A model generated the notes under the pieces. That model saw only the letters and a list, made by a program, of their open reading frames with translations. It did no database searches and was not told where the DNA came from. DNA of 63,182 nucleotides, filler included, from Chiloscyllium plagiosum (taxonomy: Eukaryota), in the NCBI RefSeq assembly GCF_004010195.1. It is 3 parts of one record of this genome, joined end to end, with 100 filler letters (N's around TTAATTAATTAA, not from the genome) between each part and the next. Parts side by side here need not be neighbours in the genome. Positions count along the whole stretch, not along the records: positions 50,265 to 63,182 come from NC_057713.1; 2 more parts are not named here. One strand, 5' to 3'. Below are positions 51,880-63,182 of the stretch, one piece after another. Positions within the stretch are counted from its first letter, which is position 1, and each line of letters starts with the position of its first letter. Both the position numbers and the translations under genes were made by a program.

Positions 51880-53090
51880 CTGAAAACAAAAAAATGCTAG
51901 AGTTCACAATGGGTCAGGCAGCATCAATGAAGAGAAGGCAAGCTAATGTTTGGAGGCTAGATGACTCTTCATCAGAGTTAAAGTGAAGTGTGGAGGAGAC
52001 AGTATTTATGCAATTATTGGGGAGTGGGGTAGGGGAGGGATGTTGGGTTGGAGTGCTGGGGAAGAAATGATTTTGACACAGCACATTAAGTGATTAGAGT
52101 ATGAGAATGGCAAAACAATGGTGTGTCTAACTGCCAGACTTGAAAGAACCAACAGTCCCACTGGAATGGGGCGAGCAGACATGGTGTCAGAGAATGGAAA
52201 AAGTAAAGCTAAAGGAAAGGGAAGGGAAGGGAACGGTTTCACAATTCAAAGGTGGTGAACTCAATATTGAGCCCAGAAGGTTGTAAAGTTCCTAGTTTGA
52301 AGATGAGATGTTGCTCCTCCAATTTGCACTGTGATTCACTGGAACACTGCAGCATGCCAAAGATAGATATGTGGGCATGTGAGCAGGACACTGTGTTAAA
52401 ATGACCAGCTACAGGAAGGTTGGGGGTCAAGCTCGCGCACAGACCAGAGGTGTTCTGCAAAGCGGTCATTCAGTCTGCGTTTGGTTTCTCTAGTGTAGAG
52501 TTGGCAACATTGGGTGCAGCGAACACAATACACAAGATTGGAGGAAGTACAGGTGAAAAGCTGCTTCAGGTGGAAAGACTGTTTAGGCCCCTGGATGGTG
52601 AGCAGGGATAAGGTGAAGGGGCAGGTGTTGCACAGTTACAGGGGAAAGTGGTGTGAGAATGGGAGGGTGGGGTGGGGGATGGTGTTGGTTATTGAGGAAT
52701 GGATTAGGGTGTCCGGGAGGGAACAATCCTTGCAAAATGTAGACGGGGGAGTGAGGGGAAGATGGGTTTGATGGTGGCATTCTGCTAGAATTGTCTGAAA
52801 TGGTGGAGAATGCGGAGACTGTTGGGATCAAAAGTGAGGACAAGAGGGCCCCGATCATTAAAAAAAAGAAACTGCTGGAAAAGCTCAGCAAGTCTGGCAG
52901 CATCTGTAGAGAGAAGTCAGAGTTAACGTTTCAGATTGAGTGATACTCAGAACTGGGGAGGGACAAGGGCAGAAACATGGGTGATTGGTCAGATGCAGTT
53001 GCGGGCCCTGTCAATCACAGAGGGTGGGAAAGCACGGTTATGGAAGAAGGAAGCCATGTTAGCAGCACTGGTTTGGAAGGTGGCATCATC
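51880..53090 (-). mobile_element. Penelope-like 3' end (GIY-YIG, UTR, hammerhead 51941-51979) with a nested pLTR at ~52860-52955
   Basis: PVAGHFN...KLEEQHLIFKLGTLQPSGLNIEF, then aact-CTGATGA-a-gagtc atcta gcctc-caaac on the minus strand. Confidence 0.8.
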
Positions 53091-53151
53091 CAAACATCTG
53101 AACACACTGTTATTCTGCCATTCTCATATTCAGAATACTTAATCTGAACTA

Positions 53152-53380
53152 CAGTTCATTCTGCTATACCATGCATTTCGTCAGTGTGAATTGGCTATAT
53201 CATGATTGACGAATTGTGGATGCTGTTTGGATGACATGAACTTTCTTATGAATGGGTGTGACAATTTCCTATTAGCGATCTTCTACAGTGTGATTTTCTA
53301 TAGTGGTTTTCCATAGCACGATTTCCTGTAGCGCGAGGTTGCAGAGGAACACAACTGTCACGTTATAGCAGAACAGCCTG
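53152..53380. mobile_element. Tc1/mariner-pogo (Tigger-like) MITE
   Basis: TA at 53150-53151 and 53381-53382. Imperfect TIRs cagttcattctgctatac / gttatagcagaacagcctg. Confidence 0.7.
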
Positions 53381-53469
53381 TAAAAAAATCGTTTATCCCT
53401 CAGCACTCCAACACCCCACCTCACTATTGTATAAAGGCTGACCCCTTCACACTTCACTTAATAATCACC

Positions 53470-53625
53470 CCTGCCCAGTTCTGAGTATCACTCGATCTGA
53501 AACGTTAACTCTGATTTCTCTCCACAGATGCTGCCAGATCTCCTGAGCGCTAATAAAGAATCATCACTGTGATCTCCAGCACTTGTTATTTTCAGTACAA
53601 TTTCCGGCATCTGCAGTAACTTGCG
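53470..53625 (+). mobile_element. PLE pLTR fragment
   Basis: cagttctgagtatcactcgatctgaaacgttaactctgatttctctccacagatgctgccag is an inverted match to 52860-52955. Confidence 0.7.
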
Positions 53626-54479
53626 CCTACATTGGTTCACTAATACTGCCCAGTGGCTGATATTGAGTGAACGGGGGTAGGAATCTCCCCATTTGGCTCC
53701 AGCACAGCAATTTGGTTGTAGGAAAGTTGGTTGTAGCTGAGCAAATACTAAAATGTTTACCAGCACTCCATACTGGTAAGCTGCAGTTTTAATTGATCAA
53801 ATGTATTTGGACAATGTATAGGCTTGGCTCTGCTGATCTGTGCCAAGCTCTCTGTGTTTGGGTTTGCAGTTTTTTTTACCTGTAGGTAAAGAGTGTGCAC
53901 TCCATGCTGGCAAAAAAATAAATTCTATATGTAAAAACTTATTCACAGTTTGGTTTACAGACTTTTAAATATTATGAATGGTTTCTGCACATTGGCCGAA
54001 AATAAAATCCAATCGATGCTTCAGAGTCTTCTGACCCCATCACTAACAACAAATTGCTTTTATATAGTGCTATCAACATAGTGAATACCCCAAGACATCA
54101 TAAAGCAGGTGTGTTCTGATGCTGTGTAATGTTTAACAATTCTCGCAAAAACCTCTTTCTCCATCCTTCCTCAAAAAGCAGTAGAACCTAATTTTCTCAA
54201 GATGCCAAGTGTGTCCATTGCTTCATGCCACCAGGAACTAGCTCTCAATATTGAATAGGCTTGACACTTGAACCTTCAGGGCCAGCAAGCAGGCACAATA
54301 ACTTCAGCTCCAAGTTCCCTACTCACGCCTGACAACCTACACTTATGATCCGACTCTTTGCATGAAAACATAGGCAGATACCACCGCCGTCTGCCACACT
54401 AAGCAATTACAATTTTTACTGAGCTGCTCACTACCTAGCTCACACTTTGGTGCTGTGACTATTTCTCTAATTATGCTCG

Positions 54480-54860
54480 AGCCATTTTACAATGTGATTC
54501 ATTGTGATTTTCTTTTGGCTGAATGCAACTTCAAATGTCAGACTCTCGTTGAAATCTGCAGTTGCTATGGTGATGAAAATAGAGCAGGTGCACAGGAAGT
54601 CATAATGCACTAAACAGCAGTTGTTCTGTGACTTTGATATGCAAATTGCCTTGTTCTGGATTTATTTATAGAAGGTAATAATTAATCTGAGAACTTTCAT
54701 TTCATTGAGGGAAATGTATTATGATTAGCAAGCATGCTAATTATCTCCTGTATTGAAACTTTTCAGGTTTATAGCAGCACTCAATGAATTAAAGTGTGAA
54801 CTTTTGAATTGTGAACTTTCACGCTGAAAATTATTAATAAATGTATGACAAGCTTTTATA
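54480..54860. promoter_or_regulatory. Candidate enhancer / conserved non-coding element
   Basis: Non-repeat sequence with clustered motifs: RFX-like GTTGCTATGGTGAT (54561), E-box CAGGTG (54585), ETS CAGGAAGT (54593), TCF CTTTGAT (54632) abutting octamer ATGCAAAT (54639). Confidence 0.35.
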
Positions 54861-55734
54861 AATAAATGCTGTAACACTGAAAGCTCAAGGCAGGGGATGA
54901 AAAGGAAACAAACAGGGCCCTATCAGCACTTCTTTCTTGGAAAATAAAACTTCTTTCCTGTAGTCCTTCTGTGTGACTAATCTATCTTTATCCATAAGGG
55001 CAGAAGTGCAACTCCTCAGAGTTAACCCCAAGAAGTGTTACATTGGCAACATGTAGCCTCTGCCGCAACATTTGTATCCAAAGACATTTGAAATGTTGTC
55101 AGATCCTCTGTTATTTTCCTGAGGTTTCCATCAGCAGTCTAGGATGTTTGCACATTTTCTTTGTAATCCTCTTCGCAGGCTTCTCAATCTTAACATTTTT
55201 CCGTTCTACATTTTCTATACAATTGTTTCCTAATCATTATCCTGAAACTTGTTGCATGTCTTTTAAGTACAACTCCTCAATTTTGACGAATCAATTAATT
55301 CAGATTTTGCAGTAGACTTTACTTTTTAAGGGAAAATATTTACTTTATGCCCCAATATATCCCTTTTGAACGTTTTAAATGATATCATAAACATCCATTA
55401 CTGCCGTATTGAATGTTAGTACCATTGCTGAACCTACACAGAAATGCTCTGTGATTATAATCCCAGGTCACCCATGGTCCTACTGAACTACAGATTGTAA
55501 TCATGTTTTGATTAGAGAGGAGGTACACCCAGATGTTGCCTGCTGATATAAATTCATTGGCTATCTGGAGACAAGCTTGAAGGTGTTAAGGAAGCTTCAA
55601 AAGGGATCATGCACCACAAACTGAACTGTGATCTCCTGAGAGTACCCCAGTTGGTGACCAGTAAGTGAGAAAAAGACAGTAGTCTGGGTGAGAAACATGA
55701 TTATGTTTTCCCTTTTCAAGAATACACAAGGACG

Positions 55735-56145
55735 ATTAGGCTGGGGCTGTTTTCTCTGGAGCATTGGAGGCTGAGCGGTGACCTTATAGATGTTTATAAA
55801 ATCATGAGGGGTATAAATAGGGTAAATAGACAAGGTCTTTTCCCTGGGGTGGGGGACCCCAGAACTAGAGGGCATAGATTTAGGATGAGAGGGGAAAGAT
55901 TTAAAAGGAACCTAAGGGGCAACTTGTTCAGGGAGAGGGTGGTGCGTGTGTGGAATGAGCTGCCAGAGGAAGTGCTGGAGGCTGGTACAATTGCAACATT
56001 TAAAAGGCATCTGGATGGGTATATGAATAGGAAGGGTTGAGAGGGATATGGGCCATGTGCTGGAAAATGGGACTAGCTTAATTTAGGACATTTGGTTGGC
56101 ATGGCTGAGTTGGACTGAAGGGTCTGTTTCCAGACTATGCATCTC
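55735..56145 (+). mobile_element. CR1 3' end
   Basis: ORF 55804-56040 (RTRGHRFRMRG...VRVWNELPEEV). Confidence 0.88.
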
Positions 56146-56509
56146 TTCGTGACCAAGGTTAAAAACCAGTTCCACCCTGGTCTGTGTGTGCCTTATTGGA
56201 CTAAAGTTCTTGTGAGTACTGGCCTGGGATCGAGCGTTAGTGTGCTGTGACAGTCACAGTTAAGAATCATTTACTAGCTATCACTGCATTATAGGTAAAT
56301 GACTCTCTTGTTCTGAGTGCTGGAGGCTGGTCAGCGAGTCAGTCAAAGGGAAATAGAACAAAAGAATTTTAGCTAAGAGAAAAGCCAAGAATCTCAAAAT
56401 CGACTGCTGAGCTATCAACATTCCACTGCCTACACTACATAAACAACCCAGACACTTTTATTGGGCTCACTTTTAATTTCTAACTCATGCATTATTATTT
56501 ATTTTTTTT

Positions 56510-56645
56510 TAGATTAGATTATATTACAGTGTGGAAACAGACCCTTCGGCCCAACAAGTCCACACCGACCCGCCGAAGCGAAACCCACCCATACCCCTAC
56601 ATTTACCCCTTATCTAACACTACGGGCAATTTAGCATGGCCAATT
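56510..56645 (-). mobile_element. 5'-truncated HE1 SINE
   Basis: agattagatt tail and cagtgtggaaacagacccttcggcccaacaagtccacac. Confidence 0.85.
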
Positions 56646-56939
56646 TGTGTTTAATAATAGTATTGCTAACTCAAAGCCTGGTCAAATTGGTTCTATTTAA
56701 AACCAATGCACTTGGCCTTGGAGAATGCTATCCAAAGGGGAGGGGATCTGTTTTAACTAAATTGTTGCGACCAACCAAGTAAATAAAGGAGAGTGAGTTC
56801 ATCCCTCCTCATCTGGAGCTTGACAATTTGAGGGATCCCATCTGAAACAGTCATTAATCAGGGAATTCCATGAACTCAACATACCATCCAGAGTGAAAAC
56901 ACAAGAACTCTTAGGATTTGAGCGGACCCTTGCTCCCGT

Positions 56940-57335
56940 ATGGAATCATAGAATCCCTACAGTGTGGAAACAGACCCTTCAGCCCAACAGGTCCACACCG
57001 ACCCTCCGAAGATTAACCCACCCAGACCTATTCCCCTACTACTCTACATTATGGAATGCCCTTCCAGTAGCAGTAGTGGACTCTCCCTCTTTATGGGCAT
57101 TTAAATGGGCATTGGATAGGCATATGGAGGATAGTGGGCTAGTGTCGGTAGGGTGGGCTTGGATCGGCGCAACATCGAGGGCCAAAGGGCCAAAATACTG
57201 CGCTGTATTTTTCTGTGTTCTATTTACCCCTGACTAATGCACCTAACCTGCACATCCGTGAACACTTTGGGCAATTTAGCATAGCCAATTCACCTGACTT
57301 GCACATCTTTGGATTGTGGGAAGAATCCGGGAGGA
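56940..57335 (-). mobile_element. HE1 SINE with a nested CR1 3' end (+, ~57051-57222)
   Basis: The SINE body is split by tggaatgcccttccagtagcagtagtggac...ttctgtgttcta (LWNALPVAVV). Confidence 0.8.
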
Positions 57336-59690
57336 AAGATAATTCATGGGACGTAGATGGCGTTGGTTAGGCCACAATTTATTGCTCACCCTTAGCTGCC
57401 TTTTTGAACTGTAGCAGTCCTTCAGGAATAAACACACCCACATTTCTGTCAGGAAGACTCAGCAAAACTGTATAGACTCAACAACAGTGAAGGGATAGTG
57501 ATTATATTTCCATGTCAGGATGGTGAATGGCTTGAGGGGACTCTTGCAGGTGGTGACGTCCCTGTATCTACCATCCTTGCCCTTCTAGCTGTCAGAGGCC
57601 ACGTGTTTGGTACTTGGCAAACCTTATTTGAACTGCCTCCAATGCAAATATAAAGTATACAGCTCCTTCGGAGATTCAAGATGGCGGCGACCCAGTCTGT
57701 ATAATGCTCTGCCTAAGACTCGGGCAAAGTGGGGCACCCACCTTCACCTCACCCTTTAAATCATTTGGAATAGCTTTTGCCCAGCGTACTCATTCATTTT
57801 ACATCAAACTTGGACAGTTTGGTGTTTTTTTTAAAATGACTAAGGGCAAAACCTCCCACAGCTCACAACAGGCAGGGACCCCTCCCCCACCCCCTCCCGC
57901 AGAAGTAGAGACATCCGCGGTCGCTTCGGGGGACTTACCTTCTGTGGCGAGCCTGCTCTTCGGGATCACCAAACTCTAGGAGCAGGTCGCCGCTTTCATT
58001 GAGGAGACCTGGTCCAGGTGGGAGTCGATCTCGGCCATGCTGCAGAAGCATAACCAAGAGATTGAAAAACTCGAGCAACGTGTCGAAGGGGCAGAGCAAA
58101 GGGCTGCGGCCTCGGAGACAGCTGCCGAGTCATCCGTGGGTCAGGTCCGGGCTCTCGAGCAGCGAATCCGGACTCCAGAGGAGCGCATCAACAACCTCAA
58201 TAATCGGGGTCGTCGGAAACATATTCGGTTGCTGGGCCTTCCTGAACAGGAAGAGGAAGGCCAGCTTGTGGACTTTCTGGAACGATGGCTCCCACAATTA
58301 TTGAAGTTGGAGTCGGGACCGGGCTGGGTGCGGGTGGGGTGGGCCCACCGGGTTGCTGTACGCAGGCGAGTCGGACCAACGCCCCCACCCGGTTCTAATT
58401 CGACTCCAATGTTACAAAGAAAAACAAATGCTCCTGGAAGCCTCCGGAGTCCTGGGGAATGATCCCCAGGCCTTGATGCACAAGGGTTCCAGGATAATGT
58501 TAGTCCAGGACTGCTCTCCAGCCGTGATCCGCAAGAGGAGGACATTCGATGAGGCGAAGATGTGTCTGAGAGACCTAAATATTCAATACTCCACACATTA
58601 TCTGGCAACGCTGCGCCTCAGCCATGGAGGATCCGCTTATAACTTTGCATCACCAGAGAAAGCAAAATAATTCTTGGACTCTCTCAAATAGACTGCGGGA
58701 CTTGAATCATATGGAAAACGACTCTATTTTGCCTCTCCTTTGTTTACGCTTCTTTTCTTCTTCATCTCTCTTCGACTCATCTTGCCCTAGGGGTGGGGAG
58801 GGGGGGGCTTGTTCTTTATTCTTCCTTTGGTCTCTTTTGTTATAGTTGGTGTGGCTTACACGGTTTGTGGGGGAGGGGGGGCTTGTTCTGGTTTGTCTTT
58901 TGTTCTAGAGCAGGATTTTCCTCTTTCTGCATCTTACTAATAATTACTGGGATTGTAATTTTGTAACTTTATATATTTCTATTTTGTATTGTGTTTGCTA
59001 AACGCACCCAGGTGTTGGTACATCGGGGTGGGGAGGGGAGGGTCACACTTTTAATTCTGGTTTTATGAAACACGTGAATTTGTTCACTCCATTCTATTAT
59101 GCCTGGGCCGAGGGCAGGGCCCTAGCTAGGAAAGGTTATGGCAGGGTTAGTGATAGGTAGTTATGTCCCCTGGGAGCAAGGGGAAAGTCTCCTTTCGAAT
59201 ATGTTTTGCGTTCTTTTTATTTAGGAGTAGTTTTTAATTGTGTTGGTGCAAATGTTTTAAAGAATTTTTGTATTTGTGAATTTTCTATGGTCTTTATTCA
59301 ACGTCTTTTGTGTGGGGTTCTTCCTATGGGGGGCGGGGGGGGGGTGTCTCGGACTTGCCTGGACAATCATGGTTAGCCATTCATTTAGGTGGTGCACCTG
59401 GAATGTCAAGGGGAGCAATTCACCAATCAAAAGGAAAAAGATATTATCAAGTCTTAAAAAAGAAAGGGTCAGTATAGCTCTCTTACAGGAGACACATCTA
59501 CTTGATAAAGAACACTTAAAGCGACAACAGGGTGGATTTGATCAGGCTTTCTTTTCATCTTTCAGTTCAAAAAGTAGGGGAGTAGTCATTCTTATTCAGA
59601 AGAATCTTCCTTTCCAAATGTTAAGCCAGATAAAAGATGAGTCTGGACGGTATGTATTGATCAAAGCCCTAATACATGGAGAGGAATATG

Positions 59691-62472
59691 TATATATAGT
59701 GTGTATATATAGTGCAATGGTGGTCACCTGTAGTGTGACATGAACCCAAGGTCCTGGTTGAGGCCCTCCCTATGGGTATGGAACTTAGCTATCAGTCTCT
59801 GTTCAGCCACTTTTCGCACTGCCTGTCCCAAAGTCGCCCTAATACATGGAGAGGAATATGTATATATAGTGTGTATATATAGTGCAATGGTGGTCACCTG
59901 TAGTGTGACATGAACCCAAGGTCCCGGTTGAGGCCCCCCTATGGGTATGGAACTTAGCTATCAGCCTCTGTTCAGCCACTTTTCGCACTGCCTGTCCCAA
60001 AGTCCGCCTTAGAGGATGGTCACCCGATGGTCCGAGGTCAAATGTCCTGGACCACTGAAGTATTCCCCAACTGGGAAGGAACACTCCTGTCTGTTGATTG
60101 TTATGCGGTGCCCATTCTTCCATTGCCATGACCTTTGCTCGGATTCCCCAATGTACCATGCCTCAGTGCATCCTTGCCTGCAAGGTATAAGATAAACAAC
60201 GTAGGCTGAGTCACCTGCCATATGCATGGCGGGAGGTGCCCCCACAAATAATGGTCCACACTCTGACACGTCTTGCAGCACCTACCATGACAGGATTGTA
60301 TGGAGTTGTCCTGACAGCCGGGCAGCTTGCTACGAACAATGATCTGTTTGAGGTTTGGCGGTTGTTTAAAGGCAAGCAGTGGTGGTGTGGAGAAGGTCTT
60401 GGCAAGGTGCTCATCCTCATTGATAATGTGTTGCAGGTCACAAAGAACATGGCTTGGTTTTTTCAGCTCCTGGGAAGTACTGGACAATGAAGGGTACCCT
60501 GTCGGTTGCAGCACGTGTCTGTCTCCTGAGGAGGTCATTACAGTTCGTTGCTGTGGCATGTCAGAACTGGCAGTTGATGAGTTGAGCATCGTACCCCGTT
60601 CTTATGAGGGCATCCCTGAGTACTTCCAGGTGCCCGTCACATTCCTCCTCATCTGAACAGATCCGGTGTACGCGTAGGGCTTGTTCATAGGGGCTGGCTG
60701 TTTTAATATGTTTTGGGTGGAAGCTGGAGAAGTGTAACATTGTGAGGTTGTCTGTGGATTTGAGGTAGAGTGTGGTGCTGAGGTGTCCATCCTTGATGGA
60801 GATGCATGTATCTAAGAATGAGACCGATAGTCGAGAGTAGTCCATGGTGAGTTTGCTGGTGGGATGAAACTTGTTGATATCATTATGTATTTTATCAGTG
60901 ACTCCTCACCATGGGTCCAGAGGAAGAAAATGTCATCAATGTACCTGGTGTATAATGTTGGTTGAGGTCCTGCGTAGAGAAGAAGTCTTGTTCGAACCTG
61001 CGCATGAAGATGTTGGCATATTGGGATGCAAATTTTGTCCCCATGGCTGTTCAATGTGTCTGGTTGTCAAAGGTGAAGACATTGTGATTGAGGATGGTGT
61101 TTGGAGATTGGCAGTTGTTGGTGTTGAGTACTGAGGCTGTTGCCACGATGCCATCATTGTGGGGGATGCTGGTGTCAAGTGCTGAAACGTCCATTGTGAT
61201 GAGGAATGTTCCCTGTTTGACTGGTCCGGGGGGTGCTGAGTTCCTGTAAGAAATCCGTAGTGTCACGACAGAAGCTGGGGATTACCTGTAGAATAGGTTT
61301 CAATATGCCCTCAACATTGCCGGATCCCATTGCCCGATACGATGGGACGTCCTGGTGTGTTGGCTTTGTGTACCTTTGGAAGGCAGCAGAAAGCGCCTAC
61401 ACAAGAAGTACATGGGATGAGGGCGCATAGGGAACTCTAAAGGACTGGATCCAAAGTCCTGATCAATGTATTCAATTCACGGGTGTGTCCTTTGGTCAGA
61501 TCAGCTGGTGGTTGCCTGTAGTGTTCCTGGTTGTTCAGTTGTCGATACACTTCCTTGCAGTAATCTGTTCTATTCTGAATGACAATGGCTCCTCCTTTAT
61601 CTGCTGGTTTGATGACAATGTTGTAATTGGTTTTGAGAGCCTGGATGGCGTTGTGTCGTGAACAGGTGATGTTTTGCTCTACCTTGTGAATGCAGCTGAT
61701 GAATCTGGCATTTACATATTTCCTGACGGTTTGAGCATACATGTCAAGCCCAGGGCAGCGGCCCTCCAGTGGGGTCCACAGACACTCACAATCCCTCCCA
61801 CCCCAGACACACACACACACATGCACACATACACATACACAGTCCTACAGACACACACACTCCCACACTCATACATGCAATCCCTCACAGACTTAAGACA
61901 CTCTAAACACACATACACACATATATATACACATATACACTCTCTCTCACACTCACACCCCCCACCCCAGACACACACACACACCCACACACACATGCAC
62001 ACATATACATATACATTTGTGGGGTGAATTTGTACTTGCAGAGTTACATTGTACTTTGCTCAAAAACTGCATGAATTCATGTAAGACTTGTTATCTCACT
62101 TTTTAGATTAGAATCAGTCTAAACATTATGGCACAGACAGAGAACACAGTGGGCTAACACTTTCAACATATTGTCTGGCTAACACCAATTGTTATAGTTA
62201 ACCTGAGAATGTAACTTGATTTACACATGAAAGAAGTGAAACTATCATGGTATTCGAACAGATAAAAGGCTCAACAAACAATTAAGGTAATTTTCAATGT
62301 ATAATTTCAGTTACATTATACTGTAAACTTTTGCTATAAATTCTGTGCCTTACAATCATGTCCTCCACAACCACCTGATGAAGGAGCAGCGCTCCGAAAG
62401 CTAGTGCTTCCAACTAGTGCTTCCAATTAAACCTGTTGGACTATAACCTGGTGTTGTGTGATTTTTAACTTT
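59691..62472 (-). mobile_element. Penelope-like element: inverted RT/GIY-YIG body (-, 59691-61771) plus 3'UTR/pLTR (+, 61772-62472)
   Basis: IKPADKGG, TMDVSAL, RYIDDIF and VVYLIPC..WYIGES motifs; (CA)n-rich UTR; hammerhead at 62372-62406. Confidence 0.9.
62372..62406 (+). ncRNA. Minimal type I hammerhead ribozyme motif (CUA cleavage variant)
   Basis: cac-CTGATGA-a-ggagc agc gctcc-GAAAG-CTA-gtg: stem I cac/gtg and palindromic stem III AGCT. Confidence 0.75.
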
Positions 62473-62908
62473 AGAAAGTTCAATGTTGAACTGTATAAAT
62501 CACAGGACTGTCAGGATAGAACTGGGAAGATGGAATCCTTCTTTAAAAATTTCGCCCTTCTGGCCTTAACCTCAGAGCAGGTGTCGATCTTGAATGCCCC
62601 CCCGACAACCTGGGAAGTACTGGACGCAGTTAGGCAGCTTCAGAGTGGCAAAGCACCTGGGCCAGACGGATTCCAGGTTGAGTTCTATAAAGAATTTATA
62701 GGGGATCTGGCCGGGCCACTCATAAATATGTACAATTACTCACATAGTCAGGGCTGCCTCCTGCCTTTGTTGAGAGAAGCAAATATCTCTCTCATTCTTA
62801 AAAATGGAAAGGCCCCAGAAGATTGCTCATCATGTAGACCCATGTCCTTGCTAAATGTGGATTTCAAAATTCTTTCCAAAATGTTAGCATTAAGACTGGA
62901 GAGGGTGT

Positions 62909-63182
62909 TGTGGTTCTGTTCGCCGAGCTGGAAGTTTTTGTAGCAAACGTTTCGTGCCCTGGCTAGGCGACATTATCAGTGCTTGGGAGCCTCCTGCGAA
63001 GCGCTTCTTTGATGTTTCCTCCGGTGTTTATAGTGGTCTGTCCCTGCCACTTCCGGTTGTCAGTTTCAGCTGTCCGCTGTAGTGGTTGGTATATTGGGTC
63101 CAGGTCGATGTGTTTGTTGATGGAGTTTGTGGATAAATGCCATGCCTCTAGGAATTCCCTGGCTGTTCTCTGTCTGGATTGC
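62909..63182 (-). mobile_element. Young Penelope 3' end inserted in L1 RT
   Basis: Near-identical reverse complement of 32081-32345. The hammerhead core is mutated to CTGATAA. Confidence 0.88.

Larger units (their letters stand above)
57671..62908 (+). mobile_element. L1-clade LINE (5'UTR, ORF1 57836-58691 disrupted, ORF2 from 59369), interrupted by Penelope insertions
   Basis: 5' caagatggcggc (YY1-like). ORF1 NRGRRKHIRLLGLPE. ORF2 TWNVKG...LLQETHL. RT resumes at ~62473 with KAPGPDGFQVEFYK...RPMSLLNVDFKILSK. Confidence 0.9.

Noticed and set aside
55450..56825. Solo LTR hosting the CR1 and HE1 inserts
   Set aside because: It has a TG...CA-like outline and an AATAAA, but no TSD or second copy supports the boundaries.

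Overview
Repeat-dense, apparently gene-free vertebrate genomic DNA, almost certainly from a cartilaginous fish (shark): it carries HE1 V-SINEs, Deu-SINEs and HER1/CR1 LINEs. I found no convincing host protein-coding exon. Most of the window is nested mobile-element debris: CR1, L1, RTE and L2-like LINEs, Penelope-like elements (PLEs), Gypsy remnants, a Tc1/pogo MITE and a possible Harbinger fragment. There are four N-gaps, two of them with an artificial TTAATTAATTAA linker. Three things stand out. (1) A heavily decayed, SINE-interrupted fossil at ~5040-7020 (+) whose conceptual translation gives several collinear motifs of a rhabdovirus-like (Mononegavirales) L polymerase, i.e. a candidate endogenous RNA-virus element. 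(2) At 1-1930, a stack of 3' ends from two poly(A) retrotransposon families, inserted repeatedly at one target, TATAAACAGGA(GTGT), which appears to be the TATA box of an LTR. (3) About ten minimal hammerhead-ribozyme motifs with compensatory stem changes, lying in PLE-derived elements, several of them palindromic and flanked by target-site duplications (TSDs). All family assignments come from manual translation and recalled motifs; no database search was run.
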